A stretch of 28,106 nucleotides of DNA from positions 1-28,106 of the IMG/VR virus record IMGVR_UViG_3300037422_000657; one strand, written 5' to 3'. A program made the translations under genes and the position numbers. This DNA is from a virus. Its lineage: Duplodnaviria > Caudoviricetes. A model generated the notes under the pieces. The model was given only the letters and a program-made list of their open reading frames with translations. It searched no databases and had not been told where the DNA came from. Shown one piece after another: positions 14,591 to 24,000 of this stretch (position 1 is its first letter; every line of letters begins with the position of its first letter).

Positions 14591-16512
14591 AGACGCTCGA
14601 TCTCAAGCCCCAGCGCCGCGTGCTCGCGCTCGACCGCGAGGCGGTCGACGAGAAGGCGCGCACCGCGACCCTGAGCTTCTCGAGCGAGGAACCCTACCGG
14701 CGCTGGTGGGGCATCGAGATTCTCGGCCACGCCAAGGCCGAGATCGTCCTCGACCGCCTCGACAACCGCGCGCCGCTGCTGCTGCAGCACGATCCCGACC
14801 GCCAGATCGGCGTCGTCGAGCGCGTCTGGGTCGACGACGACAAGCGCGGCCGCGCCGTCATCCGCTTCGGCCGCAGCAAGCTCGCCGAGGAAATCTTCGC
14901 CGATGTGACCGACGGCATCCGCTCCAAGGTCTCGGTCGGCTACACGATCCACGAGATGGTGCTCGAAAAGGAGGAGGACGGCGTCGCGACCTACCGGGTC
15001 ACGCGCTGGGAGCCGCTCGAGATCTCCATCGTCGCCGTGCCCGCCGACGACACCGTCGGCGTCGGCCGCGGCGAGGACCCGCGCGCAAGCGCAACCACCG
15101 TCAGCATCTCAACGAAAGGAACCGAGATGAGCGACAAGCAGAAAGACGCGCCGGTCCAAGCGAGCCCGCCGGCGCCCGACCTCGCCAAGGCCGTCGCCGA
15201 GGCGCGCGCCGCCGAGACGGCGCGCATCAAGGGCATCAACACGCTGCAGCGCGAGCTCGCCTTCGCCGGCGTCACGCCGGACATGGCGGAGAAGGCGCTC
15301 GAGCACGGCGTCGGCATCGCCGAGTTCCAGAAGGAGGCGCTGGCGGTCATCGCCAAGAGGGGCGTCAAGCCCGTCGACACCCGCGGCGCCGATATCGGCA
15401 TGACCGACAAGGAGGCGCGCGGCTTCAGCGTCTGCCGCGCCATCCTCGCCGCCGCGGACAACGACTGGTCGCGCGCCGGCTTCGAGCGCGAGGCTACGCT
15501 CGCCGCCGCCAAGCAATGGGGCAAGGAACCGCGCGGCGGCAGCCGGGGCTTCTTCGTCCCCCTCGAAGTCATGCGCGCGCCGCTCGTTGAGACCGAGGCG
15601 AAGCGCGATCTCTCGGCCGGCACCGGCTCGGCCGGCGGCTACACGGTCGCGACCACCCTGCTCGGCAGCTCGCTCATCGAGCTGCTGCGCAACCGCATGA
15701 TGACGCGCCGCATGGGCATCCAGATTCTCTCCGGGCTCACCGGCGATGTCGCCATCCCCAAGCAGACCGGCGGCGCCACCGCCTACTGGATCGCCGAGGG
15801 CGCCGCCCCCACCGAATCGCAGCAGACCCTCGGCCAGGTCGCGATGACGCCGAAGACGCTCGGCGCCTTCACCGACATCACGCGGAAGCTGCTGCTGCAA
15901 AGCGCCATCGACGTCGAAGCCTTCGTGCGCAACGACATCGCGACCGTGCTGGCGCTCGCCCTCGACGCCGGCTGCATCACCGGCCAGGGCGCCGCCGGCG
16001 AGATCCTGGGCATCCTGAACGTCACCGGCATCGGCGCCGTGTCCTGCGGCACGCCGAACGGCGGCGCCCCGACCTGGGACAACATCATCGCCCTCGAGAC
16101 CGAGGTCGCGATCGATAACGCCGATGTCGGCGCGCTCGGTTATCTCACCAATGCCAAGGTGCGCGGCAAGCTGAAGGCGACGCAGAAATTCTCCGGCACC
16201 AACGGCGATCCGGTGTGGGAGAACGGCGGCCAGGAGCCCGGCATGGGCATGCTCAACGGCTACAAGGCGGGCGTCAGCAACCAGGTGCCGTCCAACCTCG
16301 CCGAGGGCGGCTCGGGCAACGTGTTGTCGGCGATCATCTTCGGCAACTGGGCCGAATACATCCTCGGCCTGTGGTCGGGCCTCGACGTGCTGGTCGATCC
16401 CTACACGCTCGCCTCCAGCGGCGCGATCCGCATCATCAACCACCAGGATGTCGACAGCGCGGTGCGCCACGCCGAGAGCTTCTCGGCCGCGGTCGACGCC
16501 ATCACCACCTAG
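14587..16512 (+). CDS. Prohead protease (HK97 family) - major capsid protein fusion
   Basis: ATGA overlap with portal. Protease motifs LLQHD, VSVGY and EISIVAVPAD. Capsid motifs AGGYTVAT, AYWIAEG, ITRKLLLQS and IIFGNW. No stop codon between the two domains. Confidence 0.93.
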   Translation: MKTLDLKPQRRVLALDREAVDEKARTATLSFSSEEPYRRWWGIEILGHAKAEIVLDRLDNRAPLLLQHDPDRQIGVVERVWVDDDKRGRAVIRFGRSKLAEEIFADVTDGIRSKVSVGYTIHEMVLEKEEDGVATYRVTRWEPLEISIVAVPADDTVGVGRGEDPRASATTVSISTKGTEMSDKQKDAPVQASPPAPDLAKAVAEARAAETARIKGINTLQRELAFAGVTPDMAEKALEHGVGIAEFQKEALAVIAKRGVKPVDTRGADIGMTDKEARGFSVCRAILAAADNDWSRAGFEREATLAAAKQWGKEPRGGSRGFFVPLEVMRAPLVETEAKRDLSAGTGSAGGYTVATTLLGSSLIELLRNRMMTRRMGIQILSGLTGDVAIPKQTGGATAYWIAEGAAPTESQQTLGQVAMTPKTLGAFTDITRKLLLQSAIDVEAFVRNDIATVLALALDAGCITGQGAAGEILGILNVTGIGAVSCGTPNGGAPTWDNIIALETEVAIDNADVGALGYLTNAKVRGKLKATQKFSGTNGDPVWENGGQEPGMGMLNGYKAGVSNQVPSNLAEGGSGNVLSAIIFGNWAEYILGLWSGLDVLVDPYTLASSGAIRIINHQDVDSAVRHAESFSAAVDAITT

Positions 16513-16522
16513 GGAGGAGGCG

Positions 16523-16717
16523 ATGCGCGTCACCTTCATCCGAAACGTCTTCGCGCCGGGCGGCGTTCGCCGCCGTCCGGGCGATGCCGACGATCTGCCC
16601 GAATCGATGGCCCGCGACCTGATCCGCGTCGGCAAAGCCGTGGTCGAGATCGTCGCCGCCACGCCGGGCCCGGACGCGGCCGCCGCGCGCCCGCCCTCTC
16701 GCAAAAAAGGAGACTAG
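16523..16717 (+). CDS. Small head-associated protein
   Basis: GGAGGAGG RBS. MRVTFIR...PGD..DLPE..ARDLIRVGKAV is a common post-capsid small protein pattern. Confidence 0.75.
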   Translation: MRVTFIRNVFAPGGVRRRPGDADDLPESMARDLIRVGKAVVEIVAATPGPDAAAARPPSRKKGD

Positions 16718-16720
16718 CCC

Positions 16721-17095
16721 ATGTTGGACGCCCATTCCGGCTACGACGCGGTCGAGCTGCTGCCCGCCGCGCGCCGCACATCGACGACCAACGGCTCCGG
16801 CGTCGATGTCCGCGACTATCACGGCCGCGGCAAGGTCACGCTCTCGACCGGCACGGTTACGGGCACGACCCCGACCCAGGACGTGAAGATCCAGGACAGC
16901 GCCGACAATTCGGCCTTCGCCGATCTTTCGCCCAACCTCGCCTTCGTCCAGCAGACGGTGGCGGGGAAGCAGGAGATCCAGGTCGATCTCGACACGGTGC
17001 GCCGCTACATCCGCGCCGTCGCCACCATCGCCGGCACAACGCCGAGCTTCGACTCGGCGGTGATCCTGACGGCGCGCAAGCAGAATCGCACCTGA
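16721..17095 (+). CDS. Capsid decoration/cement-like jelly-roll protein
   Basis: AAAGGAG RBS. NGSGVD, VKIQDSADNS.F.D and RRYIRAV motifs resemble Bbp16-type cement proteins. Confidence 0.65.
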   Translation: MLDAHSGYDAVELLPAARRTSTTNGSGVDVRDYHGRGKVTLSTGTVTGTTPTQDVKIQDSADNSAFADLSPNLAFVQQTVAGKQEIQVDLDTVRRYIRAVATIAGTTPSFDSAVILTARKQNRT

Positions 17096-17102
17096 CGCCG
17101 CC

Positions 17103-17426
17103 GTGGCCGTCGAAACAGCCGCCTCGGTCAAGTCGGACTTCTTCGACCTGAACGATTGGGCCGAGGCGGCGACCTACGATCCCGCCGGCACGCCCGTCGC
17201 GACCCGCGCCATCCTCGACAAGCCGGCGGAGAAGAGCTTCGATCTCGGCGGCGCCGGGGGCGCGGTGCAGGTGACGCGCAAGCGCGTCGCCCACGTGCCG
17301 GCCGTGGATTTCGCGACCCCGCCGGTCAAGGGAGCGTCGATCCTGATCGGTGCCGCGACCTATTCGATCCTCTTCGTCGAGGCCGACGAGATCGCGCATG
17401 TCTACCGCCTGACGCTCAAGATCTGA
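17103..17426 (+). CDS. Head-tail joining protein (gpFII-like)
   Basis: Size, position and the FFD..DWAE.ATY...G..I.IG..TY.I pattern. Confidence 0.65.
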   Translation: MAVETAASVKSDFFDLNDWAEAATYDPAGTPVATRAILDKPAEKSFDLGGAGGAVQVTRKRVAHVPAVDFATPPVKGASILIGAATYSILFVEADEIAHVYRLTLKI

Positions 17427-17428
17427 CG

Positions 17429-18061
17429 ATGGCGGCGCCGCTCGATATCCGGCTCGCCGTCGAAGGGCGCTTGAAGGACTTTCTCGACCGCTACGGCGCC
17501 GCCTTCGCCCCGGCCGGCAAGCAGGCGGTGACCGAGGCGACGACGGCGCTCAAGACCCGCGTGCGCGCCATCGTGCGCGCCGCCTTTCCCGGCTCGCGGC
17601 GCGTCGCCAACGCGATGCGCTCGCTGGTGATCTCGCCCGACCGCGAGAAGGGCAGCTGGGGCCTGGTCTATTCGAAGTTCGGCCGCGGCAAACCGAACGC
17701 GCCCGACTTCGTCGATTATCTCTTGCCGCACATCGTCGGCGCGACCTTGAAGAGCCGCCGCTCCGGCGGCTGGCTCCTGATCCCGATCGCCGCCGGCTAC
17801 CGCCGCATCAAGAGCCTCAAGGCGCGCGGCGCCATCGACGGCGAGAAGATCGCCTGGGTCAAGGCCAAGGGCCGCATCTACCTGGTGCAGCGCCAGCGCA
17901 AGAAGTCGGTGCTGCTCGCCATCCTGGTGCCGCAGGTGAAGCTGAAGCCGCGCATCGCGCTCGCCGGCGTCGTCGGCGCGGCGCAGCGCGCGTTCCCGCT
18001 CCGCCTCGCCCAGGTGCTGGACGAAAAGCACGCCGCCGCGCTGGCGGCGGCACGGGGATGA
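17429..18061 (+). CDS. Basic tail-completion protein (DUF6441/gpZ-like)
   Basis: Very basic. GATLKS...GWLLIPI and ILVPQVKLKPRI motifs. Position between head-tail joining and terminator genes. Confidence 0.65.
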   Translation: MAAPLDIRLAVEGRLKDFLDRYGAAFAPAGKQAVTEATTALKTRVRAIVRAAFPGSRRVANAMRSLVISPDREKGSWGLVYSKFGRGKPNAPDFVDYLLPHIVGATLKSRRSGGWLLIPIAAGYRRIKSLKARGAIDGEKIAWVKAKGRIYLVQRQRKKSVLLAILVPQVKLKPRIALAGVVGAAQRAFPLRLAQVLDEKHAAALAAARG

Positions 18062-18064
18062 GCG

Positions 18065-18517
18065 ATGGCTTCGGTCAACGAGGAGGTGATGGCCTGGGCC
18101 GAGACGCGGCTCGCGACCATCGCGGGCTTCGCCAAGCTGCGCGAGGCCCAGGGCGACAACGCCGGCGCCATCCCGTATCTCAATCTCTTTCAGGACGGCG
18201 AGACCGCCGATCTCGACGAGGAGTCGGGCGAGACCCGCATCGTGAAGTCGATCGCGATCGGCTGCGAGGTCCAGGCGGCGGACGGCAAGGCGGCGGCCCA
18301 GGCGATGAACGACGCCTACGCCAAGGTGCACAACGCCCTCATGCCCCAGGCCAATTGGAGCCAGGCGACCACCGGCATCAACCAAGTCCGCCCCGCCGGC
18401 CGCCAGGGCCTGAATTTCGTCGATGCCGGCGCCAACGCCGACATCCAGGCCTACGAGGAGTTCCTATTCGAGATCGAATACGCGCACGCCGACGAGGACG
18501 CCAACGCCGTCGCCTAG
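18065..18517 (+). CDS. Tail terminator (gpU-like)
   Basis: Acidic 150 aa protein with IPYLNLFQDGE and C-terminal FEIEY, upstream of the tail tube gene. Confidence 0.6.
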   Translation: MASVNEEVMAWAETRLATIAGFAKLREAQGDNAGAIPYLNLFQDGETADLDEESGETRIVKSIAIGCEVQAADGKAAAQAMNDAYAKVHNALMPQANWSQATTGINQVRPAGRQGLNFVDAGANADIQAYEEFLFEIEYAHADEDANAVA

Positions 18518-18559
18518 GCGCGCGAGCATCCGTGACGCGGCGGACCAGGGAGACAAGCG

Positions 18560-18769
18560 ATGCCCGAGAAGCAACCCGAGACCTTCACGCCCAAGCTGGT
18601 CGAGGCCGGCGTGACCCGGATCGACGACGAGGCCGATCACGATCGGGTCGACCGCGACAAGGCGGGGCAAGATGCCGTGCAACCGAAGCGCGAGCGCCGC
18701 CCGCCGGTCCCGGATCGGGGTCCGGGACAAGCCCCGGGCTCGGACCCGGGACAGGCCGACAAGGAGTAA
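18560..18769 (+). CDS. Small hypothetical protein containing REP-like inserts
   Basis: GGGAG RBS, fills the gap before the tail tube gene. Confidence 0.55.
   Translation: MPEKQPETFTPKLVEAGVTRIDDEADHDRVDRDKAGQDAVQPKRERRPPVPDRGPGQAPGSDPGQADKE
18707..18756 (+). repeat. Tandem REP-like palindromes inside CDS
   Basis: GTCCCGGA-TCGGGG-TCCGGGAC-AAGC, then CCCGGG-CTCGGA-CCCGGG-ACAGGC. Confidence 0.65.
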
Positions 18770-18775
18770 CGTCCG

Positions 18776-19957
18776 ATGCCCAACCTCTACCGGCTCCGCC
18801 AGCGCGTCATGGCCATGAAGCTCGAGGCGACCTCGGGCGCCGAGGAGACGCCGACCCTCGCCGCCGACGCCGTCAAGGCCGAGGCGATCTCCTACGTCAC
18901 GAACTTCCCGCCGGTCGAGACCAACGAGCACCAGGACGGGCTCGACACCTCCGATCCGCTCTACGGCGCCGGCTGGGGCGAGGTCACCTTCGGCGTCAAT
19001 TTCCGCGGCTCGGCGACGCCGGGCACCTCGACGCCGGTCAACGATTCGATGCTGCAATCCGCCGGCTTCGCGCGCGCCGATCTTGCCTCCGCCCATTCGG
19101 GCACGGCGCAAGCGGGCGGGGCCAACTCCATCACCCTCGCCGCCGGCGCGTCCGGGACCGACGACCTCTACAACGGCATGCCGATCGATTTGACCGGCGG
19201 CCCCGGCTCGGGCGAGGTCAACGTCATCACCGATTACAACGGCACCAGCAAGGTCGCGACCGTGCAACGCACCTGGACGGTGACGCCGACCGCCGCGACG
19301 ACCTACTCGATCCCCGCCAACTCGCTCTACAAGACCGCGTCGCAGAACCTCAAGACGGCGTCGATCCGGGTCTGGGACAAGAACCAGGCGACCTCGGTCG
19401 ACGCGCTCCTGAACCGCTTCGCCGGCACCTTCGCCAATCTCCGCTTCTCGCTCAATCCGCACGATCTGCTGCGCGGCCAGGCGTCCTATCGCGGCAAGCT
19501 CGCGGTGGCGCCGGCCAACGTCGCCGATCCGGGGGCCGCGACCTACACGACCCTGAAGCCGCCGGTCTACAACGCGGCGCAGACCGTGCTCGGCACCGCC
19601 TTCGTCCAGATCGGCGGCTTCTCCATCGATCTCGGCAACCAGGTCGAGCAGCCCGACAACACCGACAGCGCCTTCGGCTACGACGAGGCGCAGGCGGTGT
19701 CGAGGACGATCACCGGCGAGATCGTGCCGCGCTTGGCACTCCTCTCGACCTTGAACGTATTCTCCGACTGGCTCGCCGGCACCGCGCGCGCCTTCTCGGT
19801 GCGCTTCGGCAGCGTCGCCGGGTCGCGCCTCCTCGTCTACGTGCCGGCGCTCCTCGCGACCGCGAAGCGCGACGCCGACGTGCGCGGCTACACCCATCAG
19901 GGCGTGCCCTTCAAGGCCAGCGGCGTCGACAGCAACCTTTACTTGTGCGTGTTCTAG
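18776..19957 (+). CDS. Major tail tube protein with inserted accessory domain
   Basis: AAGGAG RBS. MAMKLEATSG.E.TP N-terminus and FSIDLGNQV...SRTITGEI. Position upstream of the chaperones and TMP. Confidence 0.85.
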   Translation: MPNLYRLRQRVMAMKLEATSGAEETPTLAADAVKAEAISYVTNFPPVETNEHQDGLDTSDPLYGAGWGEVTFGVNFRGSATPGTSTPVNDSMLQSAGFARADLASAHSGTAQAGGANSITLAAGASGTDDLYNGMPIDLTGGPGSGEVNVITDYNGTSKVATVQRTWTVTPTAATTYSIPANSLYKTASQNLKTASIRVWDKNQATSVDALLNRFAGTFANLRFSLNPHDLLRGQASYRGKLAVAPANVADPGAATYTTLKPPVYNAAQTVLGTAFVQIGGFSIDLGNQVEQPDNTDSAFGYDEAQAVSRTITGEIVPRLALLSTLNVFSDWLAGTARAFSVRFGSVAGSRLLVYVPALLATAKRDADVRGYTHQGVPFKASGVDSNLYLCVF

Positions 19958-19960
19958 CCC

Positions 19961-20734
19961 ATGAAATTCGCCAACCGCGACGATCTCCATCCCTTCGAGC
20001 CGCCGGGCCAGGAGAAGGTGCCGGAGGCCGAGCGCCGGCGCTACACGCTGCGCACGCCGCTGAAGCGCGACAAGGTCACGCTCTCCCAGCTCGTGCGCGC
20101 CCGCGGCGGCCGCCATGTCGCCGAGGACATCGTGCGCGCGCGCCAGATCGAGGCGGTCGAGGCCATCGCCGGCGCCGACGAGGCGCTGCGCGAGATGCAG
20201 CTTGCCATCGTCGAGCGCCACGCCGAGGCGAGGAAGCGCCTGGCGCTCGCCGCCGAGCTTGCGCCCGAGCCGCAGCGCCTCGCGGCCAACCGCGCCTTCT
20301 ACTTCGCCGTGCGCGGCGCCAAGATCGGCCGCGACGCGCTGCCCGAGGATTTGCCCGAGGATCTAGCGGCGCTCGCGATCGAGGCCTGCGCCGCCGCGCG
20401 CGCCTATTGGGACCTGGCGCTGGTGCTCGAGAGCCACGACGCCATGCTGGCGCAGTACGCGGCGAGCAACGAGAGCTATGACGCGGTGTTCAATCTCGAG
20501 GCGGCGGCGCTCTTCGTCGTCGACTGGCAGAACCTCGCCGGGCGGCCGGCGCTGAAAGGCGGACGGCTCGATCCGGCGAGCCTCGAGGCGATCCCCGACG
20601 AGGACATCGCCTGGATCGGCGTCAAGGCGCTGGAGCTCATGACCGTCGCGGCGTCCGAAGCAAAAAACTCCGCTGCGCCCTCTGGTACCGGCACGACCCC
20701 GGACTCTTCGAGGGCGCCGAGCGCGCTGCACTAG
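19961..20734 (+). CDS. Tail assembly chaperone (gpG-like)
   Basis: Between tube and TMP. VVDWQNL motif, and EAKNS at a slippery sequence. Confidence 0.8.
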   Translation: MKFANRDDLHPFEPPGQEKVPEAERRRYTLRTPLKRDKVTLSQLVRARGGRHVAEDIVRARQIEAVEAIAGADEALREMQLAIVERHAEARKRLALAAELAPEPQRLAANRAFYFAVRGAKIGRDALPEDLPEDLAALAIEACAAARAYWDLALVLESHDAMLAQYAASNESYDAVFNLEAAALFVVDWQNLAGRPALKGGRLDPASLEAIPDEDIAWIGVKALELMTVAASEAKNSAAPSGTGTTPDSSRAPSALH

Positions 20735-21021
20735 ACGCGCCGCTGACGACGGCAGACGGCGAGATCGACGGCTGGGTCGCCGCCGATCTCGGCTTCAGCG
20801 AGGAGGCGCCGCTGCGCGTCCACCCGCTGCAGCTCTGCGCGGCGGAGGACTTCGACCTGGTCGATCTCTGGGCGCGCTGCAAGGGCGGCGATCTCGGCGG
20901 CGGCCCGCTGCCCGAGGCCGGCGGCGTGCTCGACCAGGTCAATTGCGTCATCGACGCCTTCGCCGTGATCGACGCCGCGTGGCGGGCGCTGACGAAGAAG
21001 GACGACGAGAAGGACAAGTAG
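20662..21021 (+). CDS. Tail assembly chaperone gpT extension via -1 programmed frameshift (gpGT)
   Basis: A AAA AAC heptamer at 20662-20668. The -1 frame is open to TAG 21019-21021 and encodes KLRCALWY...LPEAGGVLDQ..VIDAF. Confidence 0.85.
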   Translation, partial: KKLRCALWYRHDPGLFEGAERAALDAPLTTADGEIDGWVAADLGFSEEAPLRVHPLQLCAAEDFDLVDLWARCKGGDLGGGPLPEAGGVLDQVNCVIDAFAVIDAAWRALTKKDDEKDK

Positions 21022-21097
21022 ATGGCCGCCACCGAACGCGCCCTCGCCGCCGCTTCGAAGGGCGGCGGACGCGCCCACGCGAAAGACGGAGCCTGAC

Positions 21098-24000
21098 ATG
21101 GCCACGACCGAACGGGCGCTAGCCGTCAAGTTCGTCGCCCGCAACCAGGAGCAGGTGCTGGCCGCGCTGCGCCAACTCGGCCAGGAGGGCGAGCGCGCGG
21201 CGCAGCAGATCGAGCGCAGCTTCGCGCGGCCCGCCGGCAACGTCGTCGTGCTCGACCGCGCCATGCGCATCGCCGGCGACACGGCCTCGCGGCTCGCCGC
21301 CCAGGCCGCGGCGGTCAACGCGCCGATCGGCGCCATCGCGACCGGCGCCGTCGCCGCCGGCAGCGCCTTCACCGGCCTCGCCGCGACGCTGGGCGGCGTC
21401 GTGATCGGCATCCAGCAGCTCAACCGCGCCGCCGCCGCCTCGGAATCGCTGAAGAAGCTCGCCGACGATCTCGGCGTCACGACGCAGCAATTGCAAGCGC
21501 TCGAGTTCGCCGGCGTCAAGGCCAAGATCGAGGTCGAGCAGCTGCGCCAGGGCCTGGCGCAGTTCCAGGCCCGCGCCTTCGACGCCCAGTCCGGCCGCGG
21601 CCGCGCCGAGGACATCTTCAAGCAGATCGGCTTGAGTGCGCGCGAGGCCAACGGCGAGGTCAAGTCGACCTTCGAGCTGCTGGGCGACGTGGCCGAGCGC
21701 CTGAAGGAGTTCGACCGCGCCGACCGCCTGACGATCGTCCGCAGCCTCTTCGGCGACGACCGGCTCCTGCCGCTGCTGGAGCGGGGCCGCGGCGGCATCG
21801 CCGACATGGCGCGCGAGGCCGAGGCGCTCGGCCTCGTGCTGCGCAGCGACGTGGTCGAGCCGACGGCGAAGTTCGCCGAGAATCTCCGCGTCGCCGAGGA
21901 GATCGTCGGCCGGCGCTTCCGCGTCGCCATCACCGAGAGCCTCGCCGCGCTGCTCCGCGTCAACGACGCGCTCGGCGAGGCCGCGGCGCGCCTGCTGCCG
22001 GCGCGCGAGGAAGCGGAGAAGATCGACGCGGCGCTGGGCCGCACCGGCGACGCGGTCGCGAAGCTCGCCACACCGCCCCAGGCCTTCCTCGACTGGCTCG
22101 GCGAGGCCTCGCGCATCGCCGGCGGGCTGCGCGACCAGTTCCTCAACCTCTTCCGCGGCGGCGACAGCGGCGATGTCATCGTGCCGATCCCGCCGCGCCC
22201 GGGCGACGACAGCGCCGCGTTCCGCGCGGCTTACAATTCGCGCCTCGCCAACAGCAGCGTCGCGGCCGCGCAGGGGCGTCGCCTGCGGCCGCCGGGAACC
22301 GGCGGCGCGGACAACGAGCGCTCCCGCGCGCTCGAGGAGATCGCGCGGCTCGAAGCCGAGGTGGCGCGCATCGGCCTCGAAGGCATCGACCTCATCGACG
22401 CGCGCTACCAGGAGCACCTCGCGCGCTTCCGCAAGCTCCACGCCGAAAAGAAGATCGAGCTCGCCGATTTCGTCCGCGCCGACCTGGCGCTGACCGAGAA
22501 GGCGGAAAAGGAGAAGGCCGAGCTCGCCAGGCGCGAATACGAGCGCGCGCTCGACGAGCAGCTCCGCGCCAACGAGCGCGCGGCCGAGGAGGCGCTCCGG
22601 CCCTGGCTGCAATTCGGCGACACGCTCATCGACCTCTTCGCCCGCGCCGGCGCCGAGGGCGGCAAGGCGCTCGGCGCCAATCTCGCCGCCGCCGGTCGCG
22701 GCTTCGGGCTCGACCTCGCGCGCGCCGCGCTGCAGCCGCTGATGACGCAGCTCGCGGGTTTCGTCGGCGGCGGATCGCTCAATATCGGTGGGAGCAATCT
22801 CGGCGGCATCCGCCTCCCCGTCGGCCAGGCCAATCTTTCGGCGGGCGAGATCGAGCTTCTGCAACGCGCCGGCGCCGCCCTCCCCGGCGCCTCGCTCGGC
22901 TCCGCCTTCGGCGCCGGATTGCAGGGCTTCGGCGTCGGCTCGACCTTGGGCGGGCTCTTCCCTCGCGCCTTGAACCAGACCGGGTCCTCGATCGGCGGCG
23001 CCATCGGCGGCATCGCCGGCCTGGCGCTGACGCCGATCCTCGGCCCCCTGGGACCGATCCTCGGCGGCCTCGCCGGCGGCGCGCTCGGCGGCCTCTTCGG
23101 GCCCAAGGGCGGCAAGAAGCCCATCCCGCGCTATGCCGGCGGCCTGGTATCAACCGCGGGCGGCGTCGCCGCGCGCTACACGCTGGCCTCGAACTACGCC
23201 GAAGATCTCGGCGCCGGCGGCGACTTCGCCGACGCGCTCGCCGGCGCGCTCAACGCCTTCGCCAAGAGCTTCCGCGCCACGCTCGGCCGCGCCTCGCTCA
23301 ACTACGCCGTCGACGCCGGCGGATTCCGCGTTTTCTCCTCGGACGCCGACCAGCGCACCTTCGGCGCCGGCGGCGATGCCGGCCTCGCCATCGCCCGCGC
23401 CCTCCAGGGCCTGGGCGGCGAGGGCTTCTTCGCCGGCCTCTCGGGCCGCGCGCGCACGGCCCTCGGCCGCTCGCGCGGCGGCTCGGTCGAGGAGCTGATC
23501 GCCGACGTCGAGTTCGCCGACCGCATCGAGGAGGTGATCAAGGGCCTCGAGGCGGTCAACGACAATCTGAAGGCGATCGAGCTCCAGGCGCGGACCGCCA
23601 CGCAGGAGCAGGTCAAGTCGATCTCCGCCTTCGTCGAGCGCGCCGAGGCCTTGGGCGTCGGCGCCGAGGGCCGCGCCGGGCTCGGCGTCGTGGCGGCGGG
23701 CCTGCTAGATTTCGTGCGCGAGGACGTGAGCGAAGAGACCGCGGCCTTCGCGCGCTTGAGCGAGCACTTCCGCGTGGTGCGCGAGGAGGCCGACAAGCTC
23801 GGGCTCACGCTCGACGCCGTCGCCGCCGCCGAGACCCGCGAGCGCGCCGAGCTGCAGCTCAGGCTCGCCCAGTCGAGCGGCCTCAACCGCTTCTTCGAGG
23901 AGCTGCAATTCGGCGGCCTCTCCGGCGCCGCGCCCGGCGCCTCGCTCGAGGGCAGGCGCGCCTCGTTCCTCGCCGCCGTGGCCCAGGGCCAGACCGGGCG

